In this document: piece after piece, positions 35,181 through 48,427 of the stretch
Position numbering within the stretch: the stretch's first letter is position 1
How the letters are laid out: every line of letters starts with the position of its first letter
Assembly: GCA_004764695.1 (NCBI GenBank)
Contig: SMSO01000006.1
Span: 945,859-1,009,858, forward strand
Reading direction: 5' to 3'
DNA from: Schizochytrium sp. TIO01
Lineage: Eukaryota > Protista > Bigyra: Labyrinthulomycetes
Length of the DNA stretch: 64,000 nt
Position numbers and translations under genes: made by a program
The notes under the pieces: model-generated
Databases searched by the model: none
The model's input: only the letters and a program-made list of their open reading frames with translations
Told to the model about the DNA's origin: nothing

Positions 35181-37010
35181 AGACTTGAGAGGCCGTCACG
35201 ATATGAAGATGGATGTTTTCAAGTTTTGGGCTTGCTCACTGCGCATTTTCCAGGACTGCTAACCACAGCAGAGATGGCGGAAGAAAGCTTGGCCGAATTC
35301 GGCGCTCGCACTTTTCCAGCTCGCCACGAGCCTACAGAAAGCAGGGGAACAGGGGGACCTTCTTCTCTAGGCTTTTTTTTTAAAGTTTTTACCTCTTTAC
35401 CAGTTGTTCGTTCAGATAGAGAGGAAGAAAAGAAAGGAGTATGTAATAGTGTTGGTGTTTTTAACTTTTTCCTATGACCCTGCCGTCACGGTAGAGGCTA
35501 GCTAGGTAGGTAGGGTAGGTAGATGTAGTAGTCGAGGGAATGGCTAAGTTTCTCGCTTTTCGTATGCTGATAAATAGAAATTAACATTGTCTCGGGGAAA
35601 CTGATGCTGTCTGCTTTTTTTATTACTCAGGAAACAACAGTTTAAAATCAAACATTTTTGTTTTAACTTTGATATTTAAAAAACATTTATTTTAGTTGAA
35701 GTGATTTTTTGTTTGTTTGAATAATTCGACTTTTGTTTTGATAGGTTGCATTTTAAAGAAATGAAGCTGTGAGGGTTTTCAGACTAGTGTGCCTTAAATA
35801 CCATTGGTTATTAGGTGGTTAGGAATAATTTTATGCTGAATACATTAATAACGAATCTAATATCGGAAAAACATTGAGCATAAAAATACTATTTACTTAA
35901 AAATATTTAACAACATTTTTAGTTGAGTGATTTTAAATATTTTCAACTAAAAAATGATTGTTAAAAAAAAAAAAAAACACCGGAGAAACTTTGGCTTGGG
36001 GAAAGTTTTCAATTTATTTATTTTAAATTGAGGCTGGGCTTTTGGTTCTTTATATTTTGTGTTAATATGCAAAGCCTTATGAGATGAGTGTAATCACATC
36101 GTCATCTGACAAACTGTGAGGTTTAACTTCATCATGGATGCTTGTTCAAGTTAGTTCCGCTCTGGAAATAATGGGCTTGCGCATCATGTTTTCCAAGATT
36201 CTCTTCTTTCACGAAACTCCCCATGGGAATAGCACAGCACATCTTGCTGAGCAAAGGGACGCCTACTTAGTTATCTTGTCGGCCCCAACAACAAAAGTCT
36301 ACTTTAAATTGAAGTAGTAGACTGCAATTCGGCGTCCTTTCTCTAAGGAGCTCACGCAGTTAGTTGTAGGCACTAGTATCTAGATAAGCATTGGTGCCCA
36401 TTAAATATGCATCCATATCTATCTTTTCAATGGAAGTGAGTGATGATGTACTTCTTTTGGGGCAATCTAGAGCAAGAGAAAATCCTTTCCAGAGGTGCAC
36501 GAGATAATCGAGGGCCTTCTACTATACTTGTCCGATCTAAATTGTCTAAATTGCTTGGCAGGATAGATTTTCCAAGGGCATATGGTTGCAGACATTTTGG
36601 TGAAACCTTGCTTCCTTCCTTCTTCCCCTCATGTTGTTGTTTTTATGATTTTTCGCAAAGGAGCTTCGCATTTTCCATCATCATCTGTCACGTTGTTGTC
36701 AATGGAAAATACAGCACGGATTCATTTACTTTAGAATCTATAAATCTATACCTGAACAAAGCGAGCTTGAACGCAGACACTCCAAAACTCGGCGGCTTTT
36801 CTTGTAATGGAAAGGTTAGACGTTTATGATGAACTTGTCGCATTGTCTTCCTTCCGCTGCAAAATCCTTAGCCCTCGCTCTTCGCCAACGAATGGTCGCT
36901 CGCTCTTTTCAATCGTTCATTTTCTTTCTTCTGCCGCTAGCAGCGCCTAGCTAGTGCTACCCCGCTTGAAGCAGGCCCGCCCTAAAAGAGTGTGCCAAAC
37001 AGCGATCCCG

Positions 37011-37069
37011 ACAAAACAAAACAAAACAAATCAAATGAAATCAAAACAAAACAAAACAAAACAAAACAA
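37011..37069. repeat. (AAAAC)n pentanucleotide microsatellite
   Basis: Read directly; interrupted in the middle. Confidence 0.85.
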
Positions 37070-38039
37070 AGATCGCAAAAGCTCTCAAACAGACTTCACA
37101 GAAGTAGCGCGGCCTCCAAACGAAGCTGCCTGAATGCTCGAGAGGAAGTCACCATGAATCCATGATTGTGTCTGTCTGCCCACAGGGTGCTTCACCTCCA
37201 AAGTACCTAGCGTTTGCGGCACCGGCGATCTTTTCCGAACCCCTCTGTGTTGTGAGAATATGGGATGGCCGCCATATTTGCTCGTGTTTCCTGTTCATCG
37301 AATCGCTCACTTTTGCTGCCAACAGATAAGAACTCGAACTCACTCACTCCACAAAGAATCAGGCGAGCCCTTAGGCGCGGGTAGCTGAGGCCTACGCGAA
37401 GAACCTGTGGTCGCCAAGCTGCTGCTGACTAGCACTACCTCTTCTGGAATGCGCGGAATTAGCATTCATTACAGATGAATTGCCATCGCCATCACGATTG
37501 GCGAAGAAGAAAAGGCCATCGCTCGCTGACCGGCGGAGTGCACTGCTCGCCTGACCAGGGCCGGCGTTGAATGAATGGATTATGAAGAAAGCTCGCTAAA
37601 GTTTTGGACAAGGTTTAGAGCGAAGCAGGTATTCAAGATGTTGTAAATTCAACTGCCTGCACTCGAGCTTCCTGAAGAGAACCTGAGGCGAATCGAATCC
37701 CGTGTCGAAGCGAAGACACCATACTTTATGATGGGTGACGAAGATAGATCACTTTAATTCGATTCAATCGATGACCCACAGCCTCAGGTAAGAACAGAAC
37801 CAGCCAGCGTCAAGCTTGCTTGCTTGCTTGCTTGGCGTGGTATGTATCTCAGGATTCCCAACGAGCTTGAGCTTTTGTCCTTCTGATAATGTTTGACGAA
37901 CTTTATCCCGTCGACGCGGCCACCACCCACTCGCTCAATTGCAACATTGCTTGATAGGGAAGCCGGGGATTGATTATCTTGCTACTAAATAGATGAACGA
38001 AGTGGCGAATGGCAATCAACTTATACAAATTAATTTATT

Positions 38040-38230
38040 AAAACCAAGTTATCAAAACCAAGTTATAAAAACCAAGTTATAAAAACCAAGTTATCAAAAC
38101 CAAGTTATAAAAACCAAGTTATCAAAACCAAGTTATCAAAACCAAGTTATCAAAACCAAGTTATAAAACCCAAGTTATCAAAACCAAGTTATCAAAACTA
38201 AGCTATAAAACCCAAGTTGTATAAACTAAG
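38040..38230. repeat. 14-bp minisatellite AAAACCAAGTTAT[C/A], 13 full units plus a partial unit
   Basis: Units parsed head-to-tail with no spacers; the last units are degenerate. Confidence 0.95.
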
Positions 38231-41200
38231 GCGTGTGTTTACTACCTACCTTCTGGTTACTTATGTGGGCAAAAACTTCCTTCATCCACGCCAAGACTTT
38301 CCATCTCGCCGGTCACAGACGCACTTGGACCTTTGGCCGAGGCCACGCCTGCTCTGGGCAACAGGACTGGCTGACTGGCCGCGGCCAAACGCATCTGAAC
38401 GAGGGTCTTATTGCTGCAGGTTCGGCTTTCCACACAGTCTGCAAGAGTTGCCACAAGAGTGCGTGCTCCATCGTGCACGATAGCTAGCTATCGTAGCTAG
38501 CTAGCTATAGGTTATGTACCTTTGATGTTCTCGAGACTGCAAAGCTCATCATCGAAGCTTGGATGGATGGCAGCTTTGGAAGCTATCGCTCAGCTTTTTA
38601 CTAAACGAGCACAGGAATGTGGACTTGGCTTGGCTTTTTCGGGACTCGAGCGGTGCCGATATAGCCCATCTTCTGTGACCCGTGCTCTTTCTTCGCAATA
38701 TAACTTCGCACTGTGCTAGTTATCTAAAACGGCCAAAGACTTTCGATCTCGGAGTTCGCAATTTGGGGATTCTTGCTTTTGCTCTGTTGTCATGAGTAGT
38801 CGTGGGTCGAGTCAAATGTTTATAGAGTGAGTGCAGCAGAGACACTCATCGGCAGTAGCAAGTCCAAGCATGCAATTCAGGGAGGCATCAATCGCAGCCT
38901 TCGACGAGTGATTTGGACGAAGAAGCTAACCACCGTCCAACTCGATGATCTCGGAAATGAACACTGCCCTGTGAAATCCGCAATCTTCTCTGTAGGCCGT
39001 TCCTGTGTAATAATGTGCGAAAAAAGCATACCTGGCAAGATGGCGGTCCTTTTTCCTGCAAATAAATAAGCCCAAAGGTGCACGCACAGTAAACGATGCT
39101 CGCTCAGTTTGATTGCACAGGTGCTTTCGAAGGAAACAATTAAGTCATTCAACCTTCATTAGAACTCGGAGAGCTTGGCTTTGTTAATCAATTGATCGAC
39201 CAATGTTGGTTGGATGGAGTGAGCAAGACCAGTCATGTATACAGCTGCTGCGATGTGTAACTATGGCAAGGGTGTTCGAGCATGATGGGAATCTCACAAA
39301 AGCGAAAGGATTGATTTTGTTCTGACATGATGGCTGAAAAGGGTCAGCATGATGCCACGCGACCTCTGTCGTCAAGGCGAAGAAAACCAGTGCGTGATGA
39401 CCGATTGACTACCTGATAAAATACGGGCCTAGATGAAGCAAGAGGGCAGCTGTTCGACGAGTGCAATGAGATAAGCAAGACCCGCACTGCAGTTGACACT
39501 AAACCTTATGCTTATTTCCTGCGTGTTTGATTGCACGATGTAACTTATGCTTTTCTTTTTTATCAGCTTGCTTTCCACGAACTGTGGTACTAGTAGGTAT
39601 TTCCTAGCTATCTACTACCAAACATGATCATGTACTTTTCACTTTTCGCATCAACGTCGTCAAATGGGGCAACAACCTTCGTTTTTAGATTATAAAAAAA
39701 CAAACAAAAAAACATCCTCTTCATTTTTAGCTTTTTTGTTTTAAAATAAAAGTAATAGAACCAAGATCGTGATTAATTCTTTTCATTATTGCCATCCTTT
39801 CTTCGGCATTGATAATCTCCATCCAACTGGTGGTGCGTATAGAGCTGTCCCTTGTTTGCATAATGATGGTGCAGAATATCTGCAAAGCATTATATGATAA
39901 AATGGAATTAAAAGGATGCAAGAGAAGAAGATAGCCAAGAATAAAAAGAAAAGAAATGGAGAGGAGAAGATTGTCCGGCAAGTTATAAATCTTTACTTGC
40001 AAATTTCACTGCAAACACCTACCTTCAGGTTTATTCAACACAAAAAAAATTAGTTCTTGAAATGACAAACATGACTAGCTGGTCAGTCATGGCGATGTGG
40101 AAGAACAGCAGCTTCTTATACGAAACACGGCATGATGAAAATCGCTTCATGCTTTATTGTAGCTGAATGAAGCTCAGATGATATGAACTCTTATGTAAAA
40201 GCATTCCCTGGTAGCTCTTCAAGATAGCAATGATGATCGAATTGAACTCAAAACAGTGCCAGAAATACAACTGGACCATCGGTCAGGCAGTCAGCGCACG
40301 CTGGGCTTTATAAGCACAGTTTTCACAAGGGAAAAGACGACACTTTCTATCTCAAACTTCGTGGCTCGTTAAAGGTTTATAACGAAAGGCACAAAAGGGC
40401 TCTCAAGAAAGATTACAACTAAGATAACCAGTCATTTACATGCAAAATAATGGAATGGATATATGTTATGTCACTGATCTACCAGCGGTGATATCATACC
40501 TTTTCTTTAGAAAAGAAGTTCCAGCGATAAAGAGAAACAATAATACTGTGGAATAGCAGAGATATTTCTCTTTGAAGGAAGAAGACACAGGTTTATCCTA
40601 ATTCTCACAACGCTGTCCCATTTGAGCTTAGTTGTATTTGAATTGACCTCGAAACCCTACTTTTTATTTTTTATTTTGATGCTCGCTCCACATGAAAGCT
40701 GGATGCACGCTGGACCGAAGGGTTATGTGTCGTCCGTCACCTATGCCCCATACTGGTGTGAAAGTTTGAGATTAGTGTCTATGTAACGCAGCCCTCCTTG
40801 GTACATATTGCAAGACTCAGCTGTGTGCATAACAACCCGTGCAGCCAATATTGTCTGCTTGCACATTTGCCCATACTCGGCTAAAAGAACGGCAATGTAG
40901 AACGATGGCAACGACACAACGGGTGAAAGGAATATTTGTTTAGAGATACAACATACCCTTGGCAAACTCAATAAAGTATTTGCCCCAGCGACCTTGGCTC
41001 GCTGGTCATGTGTCTTTTTGAATCGAGAACAAGATCACCATCCGAGGTGTGTGCGTACATGTCAACGTAAGCCAAAAAGCCCATCCCAGGAACTACAACA
41101 TCTATTATAGAGCTGTGAACCATTAAGCAAGACTCTCTACTGCACTCATCTAGATATTTGAAATGAACTCTCTTTGGCACATAACCTTTGGCATTGACGA

Positions 41201-41236
41201 AAAAATGTATACCCTGGTCGAAAGTTAACTGAAGAG

Positions 41237-42010
41237 TTACAATTGCTCGGGTGTGCTCTTGCCAATGTTACGCGGAGGTTCAGGAATGGGATCAAGGATG
41301 CTAGGATCTACACCGAGTTTGGAGAGCTCATGGCGTTCTTGCTCAATAGTGCGCGACAAAGAAGCATCGTTGCCCTTTGGCGCCATCATAGGTCTAAAGA
41401 TGCCAAAGAGACTGCTGAGACCATCACGAAGGCACTCGAGCGGGGGTCCAATGTAAGATTTGAGTGTGTTGCCCTTCTCAGGCACGTTCCGCTTAAGACG
41501 CCAAATGAGGTCCTCCGGATCCTTGATGTTGTAGTACCACTTGACTAAAATACAAGACGCCGTAGCTGTCGAAGTGGTCAGTAGTGTGGCAAGTCCAAGC
41601 GCCCGGAACGCAAGAAGAGTTGGTGGTGTGCGCACTGGCACCCGAGCTGAGGTTGCAACTTGCTTTTGCGGCAACTTCGACGGCGTACCTACACGTTCGC
41701 GCAGGCTTCCCGGGACCACCTCAGGCTTGTCTTTTTTGAGCTCACGGCGTATGCCCATCTGAAAACCAACTGTGAGCATTCCCAAACAGCTTAGACCAAA
41801 TAGTGCGATAGAGACAGGACCCAACACGGTCTCAGATTCCTTAGAGTGCAGCTTCTCCAGAGACTGGATCATCTGCACTGCAGTGGAGGTGAGTTTTCCA
41901 GTGTTCTCCGTAAGCGCGGAAGAGTTCATGTCGCCATCATCTGCTTGAGCTTGCTCTTGTTGCTGCTCAACGGCGGGAAGTTCCTCAGATTTGGCTGCGA
42001 GGTCGCTCAT
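41237..42010 (-). CDS. TMEM242/AIM11 (DUF1358)-like two-TM membrane protein
   Basis: 257-aa ATG ORF with two hydrophobic segments. LLAFRALGLATLL...WYYNIKDPEDLIWRLKRNVP resembles the family's LA.RALG.....V....DF...M...P pattern. Confidence 0.7.
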   Translation of the reverse strand: MSDLAAKSEELPAVEQQQEQAQADDGDMNSSALTENTGKLTSTAVQMIQSLEKLHSKESETVLGPVSIALFGLSCLGMLTVGFQMGIRRELKKDKPEVVPGSLRERVGTPSKLPQKQVATSARVPVRTPPTLLAFRALGLATLLTTSTATASCILVKWYYNIKDPEDLIWRLKRNVPEKGNTLKSYIGPPLECLRDGLSSLFGIFRPMMAPKGNDASLSRTIEQERHELSKLGVDPSILDPIPEPPRNIGKSTPEQL

Positions 42011-45000
42011 GATGACAATCTTGCACGTGCTTTAAAGCTTTTCGCAGGACTTGCTTCGCAGTTCGGGACCTCACAAGAGAGTATAAAACGATCAGCACTC
42101 GGACGCTAGGCGTGTCCGATTGGGACTCGTTTCGGGTTTGCTTTCGTTTCGCACGAGCAATATCGACGAGAGCTTTATCTCGGCGCGAGCTCGGAGAGAG
42201 TAGTGGCCACCCAGCCAGGTTATTTCACCCGGACTTTTGCAATCGATACCCTCTGCAAAGTGCACACTAGACAAGTCCACACAATTTGGCAAACTCTGTG
42301 GCCTAAACTGTCCTTACGGCAATCTCTTCTACGCACACGCAACTTCTTATGCGCAAAGTTTCGCGAAAACCTTCTTCTCGTGCATCTCCGATCGATCCCT
42401 TTCCCCTTCCACTTGTGTTGAAGTAAAGAGGTCTATCAAACGGGCTATTTGTCATGTTCCAGGCGTTCTGTCCACGAAGAAAGAGCGGTTGTTTCCACGT
42501 TGCACTCTCTATAAATCTTTTCTCAGGTTTCACCCACAGAATTAAATCGCTTCCGGTGTTTTGAAATCTTTGGCTATGCGCGTATATTTGATGGCTTCAC
42601 AGCTGAGATCGTTATCGCTACGGCAGGTGCGGTGATTACAACTCATTCGATACCTTGTATTGGTTATGTTTTGTCATCAGGTCACGAATTTATGATCTGG
42701 ATTAGCCAATGCTGCAATGATGCGGGTCATCGTGTGCTTGTTTTTCTTTGCTCTCGCGCACTCCATCATTCATTCGACCATTCATGTGCATTTTCATACT
42801 TATACCCAAATATATATATTCATTCGCCTATTCATACTACTCATCTTCCCTGATTTCTCCATTTGTTTATTTGTTCGTTGATTGATATAGATAGACTTTC
42901 ATTTGCTGGTGTTGTTCATTCGTTATTAATGGCAAAATGATGGTTCTGTTCAAACCTGAGAGGTAAAGAAAGAAGAACCCATGATTTGGTGTCAATCAGT
43001 CATTGACTGACGAACTTACAATAAGCGAACGGGTTCCATGCTCTTATTCTAAAATCGATTCGGAGGATTGATCACTTCGACTGAATATGTCTGAGCGACC
43101 AATGCCTAAGCGACCGAATGAATGACTGACCGAATGACTGACCGAATGACTGACTGACTGGCCTATGTACTTTCTTGGGTGGCTGGCTAGCTGGGCTATT
43201 CGAGGTTGTCGAGCCTTTTGTCCAATTTTACCTGAGGTCCATCTTCGCTTGCTGTCTTTACACATGCTCAATCCTGCGTGGCTATTTGCATTTGTCTAAA
43301 CTCACATCGTAGGTCCCTTCAATCGCGATTTCTATTCTCTAGAGTCTCCTCTCTTGGCGTCGCTGTTTTCTCCAAAGTTGTTTTCTTCCCATCCTTTTCT
43401 ATCAGAAGAGGAGATAAGAAAGACAAGAACACCGTTCTTTCTGCTACTACACTTTATCCCTAGTTATCCCTAGTTATGTCTGAACAACGAAGTATGTTGG
43501 AACAGATAAAACACGAGAACAGACTTTCTCTAACCGAAACAAATAAGGGGCAATAAGAGAGAGGGATCGTACATTCACTGCCTGCTGTAGAACACTGGTT
43601 TCCCAACACCACCCCGTTCGTCCAGCAATCCGTGGGCTCGAACGCGTCTCAAGATACCTTTCGCCAACCCAACCCCTTCCTTGAAGATCTCCTCGAGCTC
43701 GCTTTATCGCCCTGGGCCCAGCATTCGTTGTGCTCGATGTGGTGCATTGTGCTGTCTCAGTCATTCACGAGATGCACGGAGCCTAGGGTTTACGCTAGCT
43801 CATGGCACTAGTCGCGCAATAAGCCCTACTCTCAAACTGAAGAAGAAAATGGCGCATCGAGGCCCAATTGGGCTGCAACTGCTCAAGGTCTGAGCCAAAA
43901 CCCCAACGGCAATGGGGGGGCTTTCCTGGTCATTTTCAGCGGGCCCTGCATGCACTCAGGTCGGCCACAGAGCGTCTGCGGCTGTTAAGTGGTGATTCAC
44001 GAACGAATAGTCAGGCCCTCATTCACATGTACCGAGACCGTGCTGCGAGCAAAAGAACAGAACAGAATATAACAGAACGGGTGGAACAAACATTTTATAC
44101 ATTCTTCGCCGTTTTCAACTTTTGCGATTTTTTAGGGGTCATAATGATTCATTCATAGGAGTAAAAAATGAAAGAATAACTTCTAAAATCGTGAACACAA
44201 TGAGTGAATGAGTGAATGAATGAATGAATGAATGAGTGAACGCGAAGAATGCAAAGGACTCCGGCATTGCACTACTGCACAGCTCGATGAGCTCAGGAGG
44301 CTGCGAAGCTGTAGCGCTCCGGGATCCATATGGCCGTTCTGTGGCCAAGTGACAGCCTGTCTACATGACACGCTGTTCATGAAGCGGTTCGCTGTGATGA
44401 TGTATTTATGTTATCACGCTCTGCGAAATGCCATTCTCATTTTGGGGATCATATAGAATGGCTGAAAGTAACAAGAACTGGGCATTCATTGCCCAGAAGA
44501 AGCCTAAGTTGACAGGGATGGATGGCAGCTCGCAAGGAAAACTTACACTGAGGTCCTTATTTGGTTGGCTGATTTCCAAAGCACCGACCATCGAGCGAAC
44601 GTGACTTTGGGAGAACTGTCAGAGCGGAATTGAGCAATCATGAGTAATTCCACAATTGCGAGAGTAACAAATACTACGAATCCTTTATTTTTTTTTTTTT
44701 TTTTTTCTTTCTTCAAATAATAATAATTAAATTGAATTAAAGTTTGTTTTAGAGGACTATTCTCACTCAACTGAAGAGGTCAAAAAGCCGAATTGAAAGC
44801 AATTCATAACCAACTCTTCAACGCAGCGAGGAGATCAAAGTCGTCTTCGAGATGCTTGTCTTTTTATAGGTCTCCTCCCTCCCTCCCTCCTCCTCACCAA
44901 TCGGTCCTTTCTGGCCCGTGAACCGTTTTCGAAGGGCTGCGTCTTCAAGCCTCAGTTGGTGAGGACTGACTTCGCTATTCTGTTCTCATCTCTTCAAATG

Positions 45001-46056
45001 TGCATCTGTAGAACTAATTGTTCTTTCCAATTCTGGCGATTGAAAGCTTTCACGGCTTTGTTTGCCTCTGCTTTTCTGCCTATATTCAATGCTTTTTTCT
45101 TTCTTTCTTTCTTTCTTTTTCTCTTTTTCTCTTTCTTTTTCTTTCTCTTTCTTTTTTACAATAAAACTTGATTTGATCAAATTACTGTCACGGTTTGGTG
45201 TAGTTTTTCTTGTGAGGAAGAGCAGACTCCGATCGAGGCGGGCGGGTCGGCAGGCAGGCAGGCACAGCAAGGCCCTGCGCTGCTCCGCTCTGCACCGCTG
45301 CGCCACTTTACTCGGGACTCGACCGCTGAGGCCGCCTCGGGCTCCCACGCTCTCGTGCCGCTCGGCCGACTTTTGGCTTGCTTGTTGTTCTTGTTCTTGC
45401 TGATTTTAATCGCTCAATTCGCAATTGTTCAATCCTTTCAGTTGTTTCCATCCATCCCGAGGCAGCCAAAGTGGACGGAAGTCTGCGGCCGCTGGATAAC
45501 TGGCCAGCAGAACAGGACGCGACGCTCCGGAGGCTCGGGGGGGCTACTGCAGCCCGACGTCAAAACTCCACCTCTGCTCTCTGCTGCGGAATAGTTGTCG
45601 TTGCTGACTTAGTGGCATTCCGAGCACACTAAGAGAATAAGGAGACAGCGAGCTTGACAAGCCTTGAGAGAGCTGGCAAAACACGTGTGGATTGTTTGGT
45701 GCTGGCGTCGTGGAGACCCGGAGCACCGGACACTTTGCAGGTCTTCGGCACTTTTCTTGAGGTAGGGGGAGGGTGGCACTGTGCACAAAGAGCGTAGACT
45801 GTGAGCGTCAAAAGTGGACTACACTACATAACGTGGAAAACACTCTGCACTTTACGGTTGCCGAGTTTTCTTGGTGCGCAAGGAAAGCTAGCTGCTAAAA
45901 TTTGTTTGGGAAATAAAACTTTGCTCTTGCTGTTTCGTAAACTTTGGAGCAAACTGCACCAAAATCTTTTTATCGCAACTCTTTGGGGGTCGGTTCTACA
46001 GGTCTTGGGAGAACACATTAATACAAATATTCTCAATCTGGGGAATCTAATTTAAG

Positions 46057-47803
46057 ATGAATCGAAGACTTAACCCACAAGACTTTCGCCAAGCTCGCGT
46101 GGGGAGGCCAATCACATCAGGCGGGAGTAACCTCCCGTACTTTAACAGCAGCGGGGAGACACGCTTTGAAATGCCAACGTTTCCTCCACCGGGCAAGGGA
46201 GTACCCATGAGCGGACCGTGGTGGACCAGGGGGTCATGGACAACAAGGTTACTCTTGCGCATTCTTATTGTCATTGTCTGTGCGGAAACTCTTTATATCG
46301 TATCTGGGGTCTTTGCCCATGAGCTTTTATGCGATGACCTTCGGTTAGAACTTCAAAACGTGCGTCAAGACTATGAGCGCTCCCAGCTCGTTGTAAAAAC
46401 TCTCACGCTTAGCTGTAATGAAACAGAGTACGATAACTGCCTTCGCAGCGTAGAGAGCACACAACAAAAGTTTGTCCAGACTCAACTTTCTCTTGGCAAG
46501 CGTCTGGACTCCATGACTACAAGGATAGATAAATGTAAGAAGGAGAACCAAGATCTGAGGTCTCGCCTCCAGCAAGGTGCTCCATCACCAGGGGATCTTT
46601 CTTCTGGTGATTCGGGGAAGCACCAAACCCAATGCACGAGCGAATAATGGTGCTTCTTCATCGTCATCATCTACCCTAGAGTCTGCGAATGAAGCTGACA
46701 ATGGTTCAAATGATATGGATAACAGTTTGGAGGATGAAGTAGAACAACCTCTAGACTCTTCTATCCGTGAAATTCTCACAGCAAAGGGTCTAACAAGCCT
46801 CGAAGCCTCCGGCTTAGCACCTGGTGGCCTTGCGGAAGCTGAGCAAAACCCCTGGCTTGTTATCGGAATCCCGACGATTCCGCGCAAGGATAATATTGAC
46901 TACCTGAGCCGCACACTCGCTGCGTTGGTTGCTGAGCTCCCGCGATTGAGGACTGACCCACTGTTCGAGCTCATTCGTATTGTTGTCATGAACAATAAGC
47001 CTGGGGAGCATCCAGCGTTTGCTGCTGCCCGGCGCAAGTACGGAGATTCAGAAAGCCCTTGGGCAGGCTACTTCGATTTTGTCGATAATGTGGATCGCAA
47101 CGTAGAAACCCCGCATGATGCGTTGAAAACACAAAAGGATGCGCGAAGATCCGTCATTAAATCTGGTGGGAAACCAGGAAAACCACCGACCTCAAAGGTC
47201 CAGCAGCAAACAAGAGATGTTGTGCAGCTTCTCAAGTATGTGCACGACCAACATCACCCTGCACATTATCTATTCATGGAAGATGACTTTGTTGCCTGCC
47301 CACGAACTCTTGAGGCTCTACGCTACGCTGTTAGTCGTGTATCTGAAAATGTTGGTGGAGATTGGTTGGCCCTCCGTGCGAGCTTTGGTCTTAATGGCGT
47401 TCTTATCCAAGGCGACGATCTTCCAGCCTTGACTAATTACTTGAATAAACACCAAGCACGGCGAGAACCGGACCACCTTACTTCCGAGTGGTATTTAGGC
47501 GAAACTCCAGAGGCACAGGCTTACCGCAAGTCGCGTACTCATGCAGCGTTTCGCTATAACTTATTCGAGCACATTGGAGCAGTCAGTACTTTGCGTCGCA
47601 GCGCACATAAACAAAAGTTTCCTAGTTGCTGGGCGCCTCTCGTTGCACCAATTGTCTTTGCACGAGAGGCTTTCAACAAGGTTGATTGCCCTGATGCTGA
47701 TGTATGGCCCTGTACACCCCCTCCTGGCCAAATTTGTGATGAAGATATGCTCATTTGTGATAATGAGCTTTCTCCCTCTACTGCTGTCTTTGCCAAGCCA
47801 TAG
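46057..47803 (+). CDS. GT54 (MGAT4-like) N-acetylglucosaminyltransferase, type II membrane protein; reading frame broken near 46577-46680
   Basis: ORF 46057-46647 gives a cytosolic tail, TM helix and coiled-coil stem. The overlapping +1 ORF, running to 47803, gives LVIGIPTIPR..DYL..TL, QQTRD, HYLFMEDD and NLFEHIGAVSTL, typical of GT54. Confidence 0.85.
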
Positions 47804-48427
47804 AAATACTCCATCTCACTCGTCGTTTGAAGTCATGTCTGTCAATATCACACCCTGCCGCTCTCAAATGTTACTACTAACCTTGATACCTATACTAAAT
47901 TTACTTTATCATTTCATTCTTTTGATATATATTTTCATGAGCCAGTTGGCCGGGCTAAACTCTTTTTGGTGTCTTACTTACAATCAAATTTCATATCCCG
48001 GGTTCACTTTGAAATGTATGTCTTGGATGGTATCCCCCAAGGTCATCTGGAAATCGCATATCCGAGCAGTATTTTCAAGCCCACATCTCGGCCTTGCAGG
48101 ACTGAAAACAATAGTCAGGCTATTCAGTTAGGCTGGGGCGGGTGCTCAAGGTCGGGAGCATCAATCTTCAAGTTAGGTTAAAATTACGAAATAAACCGAA
48201 ATCGACTCTTCAAAATGACAGAACATAACTATGATGAATTGAGTTTACAAAGGAAATCATGTGTTAATAGCGGAGTCAGAAAAAGATAGCTAGCTACAAA
48301 AGAGGGAGAATTGAGTGAAAGTGGTTTGGGAACGAATGCAACCAAGGCGACTTGCAATAGCTAGGAAAGAAGAAGTGTACAGTTCTCCAATTTCTTGCAA
48401 GCGCAAATAATACATAATTCAACATTT

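Noticed and set aside
38040-38230. CRISPR array
   Set aside because: Units are head-to-tail with no unique spacers, there are no cas genes, and the context is eukaryotic.
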